A stretch of 64,000 nucleotides of DNA, taken from Calcarisporiella thermophila CBS 279.70. Its lineage: Eukaryota; Fungi; Calcarisporiellomycota. Location: the NCBI RefSeq assembly GCF_041956535.1, contig NW_027192208.1:33014-97013 (forward strand), given 5' to 3'. The notes under the pieces are model-generated. The model was not told where the DNA came from and made no database searches. It was given only the letters and a program-made list of their open reading frames with translations. A program made the position numbers and the translations under genes. Below are positions 1-10,751 of this stretch, in pieces. Numbering within the stretch: position 1 is the stretch's first letter; every line of letters starts with the position of its first letter.

Positions 1-224
1 GGCTTAAGTAAGAATTATCGGGAGCTTTTTATTCTTATAGGATTTAAATTTGGTCTCAAATACAGTGTCTCTCCTTTAATTGTTCAAGTCTTGTTTGATT
101 TTTGGGTTACTTTACATTCCGATCGGTCAATCCATGTAACTAAACCAAAGCAAAATGCTAACTCCAATTCCAAGCTGTTGCTTCATCCTCCATATATAAT
201 CTGAGTCAACTGACATATCTATAT

Positions 225-770
225 ATTTTAGACCTTATGGAGAATCACATTACAGGAATAGAGAAGGACAAGATCATCAAGTCCAATTGACCTCGTACTT
301 CTGGCCTCAGTACTTTGAGCTTGGAGACACCTGATCTTATCTACTGCGCCGTATTTTTTGGGGAGATATCTGACGGAAACTATTGTTGGATCGGTTGCTC
401 TATTTTATTTAACATCACAGCATTTTTCGGGAAGGATGGATTCATGAAGGACCTGCTGTTGTTTCCTTGCATATACATAGGAATGGTAGTCGATATGAGT
501 ATTATGGTCCAGGTATATATTGCCCGTGATAACAATATTTCGATGGATATTACTGGTAGCCACATAATTGATCCTATTTTTGCTTCTTCAAAATCTAAGA
601 GAAGTCAAAGGTGACTAAAGGGTTGGAAGAACTACCCTCCCCATACGATTCGGAAAGAGATACACGAAAGTGGCACTTGCCCTTATGGACATTTTGATTT
701 TAATTTATGACATCTACAATGAACTTCTTCATCCAATGGAGAGTACCGCTCTTGCTCTTGTCTAAATAGC
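225..770 (+). pseudogene. Degraded UbiA-superfamily prenyltransferase / UbiA-type terpene cyclase
   Basis: Manual translation gives first motif NHITGIEKDKIIKSN*PRTSGL (243-310; cf. NQxxGxEEDxINKPxRPLxSG) and second motif QNLREVKGD*RVGRTTLPIRFG (589-655; cf. QDxxDxxGDxxxGRxTLPIxxG), with hydrophobic TM stretches between. In-frame stops at 288-290 and 616-618 and a frameshift near 588. Boundaries approximate. Confidence 0.7.
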
Positions 771-1173
771 ATTTCACGCCATTTTCTTTGGAATGAATTT
801 TTCAAAGCTTATCTTGCATGTGGACGTAAAGATTGCCTATGAAATTGATTCTTTAGGTTGGTTAAGCTTGAATCTTCTCATGTCCCACATAACCCTCGTT
901 TCTCTTTCTTTAATTTTATCATTACATAAAATGTCTCCTGTCGAACTCATTTTCAGACAGTTAACGTTGATAAGCTTAATGAACATGTATCATTCTAACT
1001 CGAATCAACACAATTTTGGAGAGTAACCATATTTGATGTCATATTCCGTTAAATATTACTAAACTCTGTTCTAAATATTTGATTTGGAAACAAACTCTAG
1101 TTATATAAATATATTATTTATTACGATATTCTCATAATCTCGCCATAGATCAAAAATTTTTGAATCTCGCGCA

Positions 1174-1600
1174 TTATGGTACAACATGAATAACCCCCTT
1201 CATTCCTATCAAGCAATGTGGGGTGCAGTAATAGTGGACTTCACCTGGAGTTCTGAACGTCTTTGTAAAACTTCCAACTAAAGTGGTAATATAGCATTTC
1301 AGTTTAATATTGACTAATATTATTCTAATACATACCCCCAATTTTAATTCCTGAACTGAACAAGTCGGCGGGACTGACTCCAGCAGGAGCAACCTGCATA
1401 GAAGAACAGCCTCCAGGGCTCGCAGCTCTCACGACATCATGAGGAAGAAAACCGGTCCATCTGAAGTTGACAGGCTCTCCCACTCTTACTGTAATTTCGG
1501 CTGGCGAAAATCTAAAGCCCCCAGCGCCTACTGTCACAGTCTGCTCACCAAAAGCAGCCCCGATAATAGCAAATAAAAGGAGTAACAGTCGAAGCATCAT
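1174..1600 (-). CDS. Secreted cupredoxin (type-1 blue copper, plastocyanin/phytocyanin-like)
   Basis: Two exons, 1600-1336 and 1277-1174 (GTATGT..TAG intron, 58 nt). Signal peptide MMLRLLLLLFAIIGAAFG, FRFSPAEITVRVGEPVNFRW, and Cu ligands PHDV and YYCTPHCLIGMKG. Confidence 0.9.
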
Positions 1601-2986
1601 AAATAGATGTGTTATCAATCAAAATATTAATTTGTCGTGGTTATATATATTTTTGGTTTGTTCATGACCCATGTAAATAATTAACCCCCCACCAATGTGT
1701 GCCGGTAGGATCAACAATCGAAGCTGATAAATCGGCAAATACCCCACTTCTATATTAGTTTCGCCTTAACAAACATACTATATTGGTAGTATTGGCATCA
1801 ATGATGAGATATTTTTGCTATTACCTAGCACAATTTAATACTAATATTCTGATGTTGGTTCTTGTGAGGAAGTTATATTATATTCAATTATACGTTAATA
1901 GCTACCCAATGCATCTCATCGCCCTGTGTTATGCGTAATACATGGTCCAATAAGTCTCAATTGTGTATGTTATCAAAATAAATTCTAATATTAATTGTGA
2001 ACTTAACTCATAATTCGGCATTTTAGGTTTTTCGATTAGTGCAAGGGATAATATAAATTCTGGACGCAGGGTTTATCTTTTGAACCTTTCAGAATTCTAA
2101 TGAAATACCCCTTCTATATTACTATCCTCTAATCGTTTTTTTTTTTTGACCTACTTATGACCCGGTTAAAATAATAAAACTGTTCCTACACTTCCTAAGC
2201 TCTTGGTTTATTCAAGACAAACTGAGCTGTTAAGTTATCCGCTCATTACTTACATAAGAAGCATGCTTTCATAATAATGAAGTAAAAACAAAAATTCATT
2301 CATGTAATAGTCAACAAACGCCTTTATGTCTCTCCAAATTCAAAACTAGGAAATTCCGAATGCGCCAAAAAAAAAAATTGAAATCATTAACGTGCAGATT
2401 AACAACCGCAAAACATTTTTTGACGAAAGTTATTCGTCATCCAAGATGGTTATGTTTTTTATTGTGGCCAATTTTTTGAAGAAGAATAAGATAGGGATCT
2501 GATATCACCATTTAAATCGATATAGATCGCCATTCACGAGATATTCAATACTAACGATTTAAATATTAGTTTTCATCTTACGATTACAATTCATTTAATT
2601 TTCATTTGCACTATGAGATATAATCGATCAAATAATATTATAGAATTAATAAGAATAGTCTGCGGAATTTGCCAACTGTCCCAGGCTTCATGATGATGGT
2701 TTATTGGATAGAATGAGCCCATACAAAAAATATTTAAATAAGATGACCATGATATTTGAAATTGATTTTCAAAATTTTAGGTAGGGTTCAATTGAACATT
2801 CCTCTTTAGTTATTTTGTGCTTGTTACCTTTTATCTTCGGGAGTCATACGTATTAATCAAAGCCTGATATACACAATGAGAAAATCACTAAAGAAAAATT
2901 TATGTTTTAATAGATAATTTACATGATAGGATTAGGGATACAGCAGTATGAGCAAATGTTAATTCAACAATTATCATCTTCTGCCT

Positions 2987-4395
2987 TCAGAGCATATTGA
3001 TGGTCATAGGAATATCTCTTATTCTCATTCCAATGTCCATCTTGTACCCCTCTCCAATAACCATCTTTACCGATTCTAATGACATATCCACCTACCAGGG
3101 AAATAATAAGAAAAATATAAGATTATCAAGTCACCCGAATAAATATATCATCGCTTACAGTAATTGTTCTCGGCCCGGTTAAAACTTTCATCATAGAAAA
3201 TATATTGGCGCTTAGATCTGCTTTGAAATAAGGCGAGAAGACTCTTGAACGCCCAGGGACCATTAAATCAATATCTACATCGACAGTGGCAAATGGTTTT
3301 CCTTGCCATAGTATTGTTCCTTTGATGCTTTTGATATTTAAAGGAACTTCGTGTATATTGTTGATCAAAACTCGGGACGACGTTCTTCCAAAAATTCCTC
3401 CATATAGCGCTGCTTTTGACTCGCCTTTAAGGATAATCTTTTCCGATGCCCCTGGCACTATTGCTTCAAGTTTAACGCCATATATCGCAGGCTTAAGTAG
3501 CTCAAATTCTGTAGACTCTTCGGTGCCAACTGATACTACGCTTGCTTCCCGCTGCTCCACGTAGGACCGTATTAACCTTCCGGCAGAATTAGCAGCATCC
3601 ACTCCTGAATTCATCGTCAAATTCCCAACGATCATATTAATTCCCGATCTCAATCTTAACCCGTAAAGGGTTGAGTTGCCAATCTTAGTGTCCCTATAAT
3701 ATGTGCTGAAGGATAGGTCCCCTAGTTTGATATCCCAATTAGTGGGATTGTCCATATTGCCCGTCATCTCAATCATCAATGCATTAGGAGTTCCGCTCTT
3801 TATATTCACCTTTCTGACTCGGAAAGGGATGTTCTTAAAGCTATTGAAGCCTTTTTCAGTATGAGTAATATTATACGCAGCTGGATCGGCAGGAACTCCA
3901 TCAACACTATACTCTGTGAATCCACTATAAGACATGGTCGTTTCGGCATCCTGAGTTATCGATTTTATCAGACTAGCAAAATCACCTCGTTGTTCTGGGG
4001 ATATGCGAATGGGTATGTTGGAATACCGTAGGGTATATTTATTGTTATCTATGTGTTTTGGAGCTGGATCTGTAAATTTGAAGAACCCGACTTCACGCCC
4101 TTGATAGAGAATGCTGGTGTTAGCACTGAGTTCTGTGACATTTCCATTTAGCTTTTCAAACACAATAGTCGTATTATATGAAGAAATTGAAGGTGAGTAT
4201 GGGTTGCTTGGGTTGAAATCGATTGCCACACCACCTATAGATGCGGTAATAAACTCGGCTGTTTATAAGGAAATGGTTAATAAATAAGTAAAGTGTCGCC
4301 TCGTCAGCTACTGAAATTTGGAATATAAAATTACCTAATGAGAGTCCAAAGTAGTATGTGGATAATAGGATGAGCCCAAGGTATTTTCTTGTCAT
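2987..4395 (-). CDS. Secreted beta-sandwich protein, DUF3712/Tag1-like (LEA_2-like repeats)
   Basis: Signal-peptide exon (4395-4335) spliced to the long ORF and a last exon VDMSLESVKMVIGEGYK..NML*. Motifs NPTNWDIKLGDLSFSTYY..IGNSTL..L.SG.N and NNIHEVPLNIKSIKG are typical of this family. Confidence 0.6.
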
Positions 4396-5603
4396 CCTCC
4401 TCTGCTAAATTTATTTATATTTGTTACTCTTATTTTGTTCAGAAATCAACTTGTCTTCATACGTAATAGTATATAAATCAGTTAAATATTAACTTATTTG
4501 CAGGGGTGAACTATCGTACATTTACATTGAATTTTCTAGGGGTTTCAAGCTTAAACTTGGCGATACACATAAAAGGCAAATTATATGAAAATCTGTCCTT
4601 TTAAGAAAAGAGTATATACCAATTTGTTTTTGTCCATGCCAGATTCTGGATTTGACATCCGACTATCTACGAACATTCTCCATTCGGAAGTTTGAGAACC
4701 TTGATTGGAAAAAAAAACACGCTAACCATTTAGTCAGCCTTTTATATGACCTACGGAAATTAGACGATTTAACCAATTATTTTAATCGAAATCACAAAAC
4801 ATGATCATGCCCAGCGATTGCAATGGGCAGCGTGACGCCTCAGATCTATTTATCATATAATGTAGAGTATATAATTAATGGGGGTGGGTTTGGCATACAT
4901 TTACATTTACATTATATTCTCAAATGTACGATATGTATCAAATAAAAGATGCCGTAGCTACATAAACACAGAGATTAAAAAGATCTGAATGTAACATAGC
5001 TAACAGTTCCTAATCAGGACAAAAGTCACATCGGTTGTTTATTTTCGGATGATTTTAGATAAAATTTTAATCTGTTTACTTTGAACGCCATCAATTAGAG
5101 TTTGCTATGGATAATAGGATGCTAGGGATCTAAATTCCTTGCGGATTTGCCTCACCAACAAGCTGTTAGACAGGCTATTTCAGGGTAAAACTCTGATTAC
5201 CAAATAGAGATTTCGCCGGAAGTGGCAAAGAAATTTCTTTGAGTCAAGAGAAAGCTAATTTGCGTGGTTCTTGTTTCTATGGTTCTGTAAGGGGATTTTT
5301 AACCGAAAATGAAATACAAATATCTTAAGATAGAAAATATCATCCCTTGAACGTTGAATTATATTAAAATCTCATAGGTACATGCCTCAATTGGGAAAAT
5401 AGAAAGTCTTATCTAGTTTTCTCTTAAAGAACTTTATATCCGAGATACCTCGATAACTTGAGAGAAATTCAAATATAAATAAAGGGCAACTCGGAGTATG
5501 GATTTTTACACTTAATCTTTAGCTTATCTATATACTGATATTAGAATATTTTTCACCCTATACTCCTAAATATTGTCCTGAATTCAAACTGTGCTAGAAA
5601 AAA

Positions 5604-6346
5604 ATGAAGCTCTACTCTCTTATCATTAGCGCCCCCTTTTTTGGCTTTTTTGCACACGCGATTCCAATTGCACCCTTATTTTTGCGTACAAGTCATCCTA
5701 GCTCATTGAGCTCACTCCCAACTAAAGCCGTTGCCAATATTATCAATCAAAGTACTATCATCATCTTCTATATAGATTATAGAACCCATTCATTAACATA
5801 TTATTTTTTGATATTCTAGATGGAATCAATGCTCAGCTTGTCTTCACTAAACAATCAGAAGCTGACCCCATGCACATTCAAGTATTAGTTCATTCTGGCC
5901 TAAAGAATGCACAATACCAATATCATGTTCATGTTAAACCTATTCCCTCGGGCGCTGATTGTGCTGCGGCAGGTGGGCACTTTGCTCCAAATTGGGCTAA
6001 TGGTAAAAAACTCGGCGCTAAAGGTCTTCCCGAACTTGAATCAGGCGATCTATCCGGAAAATATGGAAATCTGGAGGGCAATGAGGAAGGGATCAACGAT
6101 TTTAGCATTGAATATGACGATCGTGAGTTGAAATTCAGTGGAGATTATTCAATTCTGGGGCGAAGTGTAGTGATACATGCGCCTGACGGCAAGAGGATTG
6201 CCTGTGCAAATATAGTCGAGCAGAAGCAACAACCACAGTCCACTGGTACAACAGTACAAAACGTAATGGGAACGCCAACAAACTACTGGACCTCTCTATT
6301 CCAACTTATGTCAAATTGGTTTAATCCCTTTAGACTAAATTTGTAG
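5604..6346 (+). CDS. Extracellular Cu-only superoxide dismutase (SOD5-type, Cu/Zn SOD fold)
   Basis: Signal peptide and intron 5752-5819. Motifs YHVH, CAAAGGHF, ESGDLSGKYG and SILGRSVVIHAPDGKRIACANI. Zn-binding His residues and the electrostatic loop are missing, as in SOD5. Confidence 0.88.
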
Positions 6347-6647
6347 AAATATTAATGTAATCTCCAGTACAAAATACCCACGATCGACAGAGAGATATTC
6401 TTCTATATATAACATTATTTTACTTATATATTAATTCGACAATATAATAAATCATATCAGCATTCAATTTTTCCCCATGCAAACTGTTATAGAAAAACAA
6501 CATGTAAAAAAGGAGTTTACTCCATCTAAATTTTATTAGCCTTCACCATTTCAGCCTAACCCTTTAGGCATTGTGCCCAAGTTTCATTCACTGGATGGTG
6601 TTTCGTCGCAAAGGTATACCCTCTGGGATGTTAACCATTTCGGCTCA

Positions 6648-6770
6648 CTAATAAAATCGTTCAAAAGTTGTTGCCGAAGTCCAATTAGCTGCTTTTAGAA
6701 TCCTATCTAAGGGTACTCCATGCAGCAATACATGAGAGGACGAAGTACTTCTAGACGAATGGGCTGTTGC
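6648..6770 (-). mobile_element. Relic of a DIRS-like tyrosine-recombinase retroelement (YR C-terminus)
   Basis: Minus strand reads TAHSSRSTSSSHVLLHGVPLDRILKAANWTSATTFERFY*, matching the YR box II pattern HSxRS...GV....I..AA.W.S..TF.RFY with the catalytic Tyr. No upstream ORF remains. Confidence 0.8.
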
Positions 6771-7217
6771 CAAGATGTCCGCTTCCGCTGAGATGTCCAC
6801 CCAGCTTCATTTCCCTTTGGGCGAGGGCCAAAGGGAATTAAACCTATCTGTTAGCATATTATGGTTTTTGTTTATGTGACTGACGTCAACTATACATCTT
6901 AATATTTTTTCCAATTTTCCTAATTTGTTTCACTTATAAACTGGTGTAGAGATTTTCTACAAGGCAATGATCACACCTTTATTAAAGAACATAGCAACAA
7001 TGGCACTTTTCAAAGTAATAAATAAGCTCTGGTAAATTTTGTCATTTTAATACAGTCACTCGTTTTCCAACATTTCTCGATTAAGAATTCAGGTACTAAG
7101 TTTAACGGCAATTGGTTCGCTGGTTTTTAGCACATCCATTCTTACATTGACCGATGTCTATATTTTATGAGTATATGGCTATAGTTTTCTAATTAATCCC
7201 AGGAATATATACATGTA

Positions 7218-7475
7218 TTACTTACAGTCACATCCTCTGCATGAACACCACCAAATACTCTTGCCGTCATTTCCACAGTAGTTTGCTCCACATTGCAACT
7301 TGCACCAAGGCGCATTTCCGCTGGGGCATTTGGGGGGGCATCTAGGGCAACCAGCTACGTTTGTTTCTTCAATAGTGTTATCGCTCATAGCGAGAGTTGC
7401 ATCCGGTGGAATTGAATCCTGGACTTGAGCAGAGACGATGGCAAAAGCGAGAGCTAGAAGAGCGAGGTATTTCAT
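7218..7475 (-). CDS. Small secreted Cys-rich peptide, defensin-like (CxxxC / CxC)
   Basis: MKYLALLALAFAIVSA signal, acidic propeptide, then a ~44-aa mature region with 10 Cys. TATA box at 7531-7540. Confidence 0.8.
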   Translation of the reverse strand: MKYLALLALAFAIVSAQVQDSIPPDATLAMSDNTIEETNVAGCPRCPPKCPSGNAPWCKLQCGANYCGNDGKSIWWCSCRGCDCK

Positions 7476-7530
7476 TGTTAAAAAGCTGGAGTTGTTAATT
7501 GATAATGTTGAAAAACGGATATACAAGGGG

Positions 7531-7540
7531 TATTTATATA
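7531..7540 (-). promoter_or_regulatory. TATA box of the Cys-rich peptide gene
   Basis: TATATAAATA on the minus strand, about 56 nt upstream of the ATG at 7475. Confidence 0.55.
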
Positions 7541-9807
7541 CCTTTTTCTTACCTACTTATTAAGTTATTCTCAGAATTCTGAAACCCAAAAATTATGTTA
7601 ATAGTAATTTTCGCACACATAATGAGAAAAAATGCACTTCATGGGGTATTCATAAAGACACTTAAAACTATATCTAAGCAAACTTTACACTAAAGAATTC
7701 AGCCAAAGAAACATTTATTTTTTTCTTTATAAAAATACTCTATCCCTCACTATTACAATGAAAGTGCATCCATGTAATAATTACTTATATTAATGGTTCA
7801 CATTAACACATCTGAATTGAAAATATTTACAGACCTCTTTAGCTTTAATACATTTAATGGTTAATGGTTGCTGCACTCCAATATCGCTTGTTGCCTTAAT
7901 GTGGGAACAATTTCATTCTTCTGTTTAAAGCCAAGTTTAAATCTTGCACTTCATTTCTTTAAATTTGGTTGTTCTCCGAGCCAGAGCTGAATTGCTTGTA
8001 TGCTTTACTAGATAATTAAGAGTTATTCACAAAAAAAAAAGCGCCTCGCTAAGCAAAGGCAGAATTTTTAATTGCATAAAATTATAGAAAAATTTTTTTT
8101 TTTCGTGAACAATCAAGCATAATTGTGGATAACCAATGTAATTACAGGCAGAATTTGTTACCACATTCATTTAATCTGAGTAATTTTAATGTCAGAAAAT
8201 ATCTTCTATCACAAAATGTTACCACCCGTATTTTTTGCAATATATTGTAGCTTCAAGCATATATTTATTTAAGCTAAACAATGCAATGACATCAGATAGC
8301 TAGAATTACTGGGTGCATTTTTTTAATAAAAATCAACTTCTTTAAGTTGATATCAATCTTATTCTAAAGTTTCAAAATTTCTGCGAATGGGTCTTGTTTT
8401 CTTTCTAAGAATTGAAAAATGCTTAAATTTTCCAAGAAATTCATTGGAATTGTTGGAATAAATGAATTTGTAATAGATGAAACGTTAAGTTTAATTTCAA
8501 CTATCCGAATGTTCTGTTTTTGAACTTATTTAAAGATAACAGAATAACGTATTAAGATTAACTGCACCACACAATTGCTCTTGCCATTGTTTAGAACCTG
8601 TGACAATCCTTTTGTGCTTTTTTGGTACGATCGAGTCCACGTGGAATATTATAATTGCTTAATATTTACAGAATACATTGAGTTAATTGTTGAAGCCGGC
8701 TTCGGGAGGAAAACAGCCTTGCTATTGTATTTCAAAATGTATTGGCACTGGGATGGCACTCTAGACATAGATATTCCAAATGAAATATACTCATTTAGAT
8801 AGAAACAAAATCAAAAGTTTTTTTGATCAAATCAGTGGAAATTTTACATACGGTTTATTGGATATTCTAAGAACTTTAAATGGCTCAGCATATTCAGAAT
8901 CAGCTGTGTTCTAGCAACGCTTTTTTCTTGTAATATTCGTATTCTGTTGAAATTATTATGGTTTATTGGATAGGGGGAGAACCGTCATTTAGTAAGCATG
9001 TCACATTTCCTCTGGAGAAATCAAAATATTAATACTGGGGAGGGGGTAAAATGGATATGTGGAAGATCGTGGATGATATTGCTTTAGGGCAAATTAGGAA
9101 CTACTTTAGAAAAATTTTGGTAAAGATCCTAATAAACATTCCATTGAAGGCAAATATAATTCTAAATGGAATTAATGTTACCAGCACTTCAAGCCTTCAT
9201 TTTATTGTCACAAGAATTATGTAGGAGATGGAGTAAAATGGGCTAACAAACCCGACTCAAAAAAAAATTTATCAAATTATGCATAGATGATAGGGATTTG
9301 ATGTATTGATGTATATTCAAGAGTATGTTGCTCTTTATGTGTTAGGTCATGCTGAGCATTAATGGCTTCGATATCAAATGAAACTCATTCAACTCTACAG
9401 AGATGAGAGATTCTAGCGTTCTACTATAAAAAAAATCAGTCGAATTTGATTGTTGTCACGAAACTGCTGTTTATTGATTAGTACTGTAATGTTTCCTAAA
9501 ATGTTGTGCAAGCTGAAACGGCACATCTATTAGAGAGATATTTTTGCATTACATTTAGTCTAATAATTTGATGTTTTATTATAGACTTCAATTTATTTCA
9601 TCCTTACACATTATTACGCTCTCGATTTTCGCATTGAGTCAATCTTTTACTACGCCACTTTTGTTTATCTAGGGGTGAATTCAACTTCTGTCAAAGCAAC
9701 ACATCATTTGTGTGACGATTTTTCATATCTACTTTAACCCTTCCCCTTAAAAAGACGCACTCAAAAAAATTTGTTCAATTGACAAGGTCCCTTACAAACT
9801 TCATAAT

Positions 9808-10486
9808 ATGACAGTAAATATTTCCAACTTTTATCTTCGCAGGTGCCAAGAGAAGGATCTGCCTGGTATACTAGAAATTGTCAATGAGCAAATAACCAAT
9901 TCAACTACTTCGTTCTGGTATGAACCGGATTCACTCGAGAGCAAAATGGCATGGTTCAAGTCAAGTGAAGAAAACGGCTTCCCTATTATTGTCGCAGTTG
10001 AGCATAAGGAAAATGGTGAAGAGAAAGTGGCGGGTTATGCTGCATTAGGAAAATACAGACCTCAACATGCATATCTCTAGTAATTCCAATATTTATTGCT
10101 CTCTTCTTTCGTAACGAATGAAAACTAATCATGAGATTTAATCTGATGAAAATGTTATTGTAGTACTACCGAGCTCTCACTCTATTGCCACAAAGATTAT
10201 AGAGGGTTTGGACTTGGCAAGCGTTTGATGTCCGAAATCATTCACATTGGCAAAAAAAAAGGTTATCGCACAATTATATGTAAGCAAAACAATAGCCCTC
10301 TGTTACCTACAATTTGATTGATAACAGTCGCATGCTTGAGTAGCCATGATCACCAGTGATAACGATATATCTAAAGCACTTCATGAGAAGTTTGGATTCC
10401 AGTGCACTGGTGTATTGAAAAGTGTCGGCTACAAATTTGATAAATGGCTTGATTGCGATGTATATCAAATATTTTTCGAAAAGTAG
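9808..10486 (+). CDS. GNAT N-acetyltransferase, phosphinothricin/methionine-sulfoximine acetyltransferase (PAT/YncA-MddA) family
   Basis: Three exons (introns 10080-10163 and ~10280-10343). Motifs ILEIVNEQITNSTTSF, VAGYAALGKYRPQHAY.YTTELSLY, YRGFGLGKRLM, SKALHEKFGF and VGYKFDKWLD. Confidence 0.88.
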
Positions 10487-10751
10487 ACCGAGCGAAAATA
10501 TATATATAAACCTACATGCCTATTCCTTGAAACATAAGGAATATCAATCGTATCCATTGAAAATAATGTCTTTTTCTTCTTAGGACCGACAGGCTTTTGA
10601 ATGGTAGTACAATTTTGCATTATTTTAATAAACCTTAGAATTCAATGTAATATCAAAATCAAAAAACCAAATTAGGGGTCGGCCGAATAATTGCATGACG
10701 AACAACTACAAAATACATAGAGATATGGTCTTTATTCAAATAAATAAGCAA

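Noticed and set aside
315-614. 99-aa ORF with a GNYCWI motif suggesting a GPCR
   Set aside because: Flanking motifs show it is the internal open segment of the UbiA pseudogene.
5130-5245. Coding-like stretch FLADLPHQQAVRQAISG*NSDYQIEISPEVAKKFL
   Set aside because: Short, interrupted by a stop, and not assignable to any family.
8575-8802. 75-aa ORF in the AT-rich spacer
   Set aside because: Non-ATG start, no recognisable motif or splice structure.
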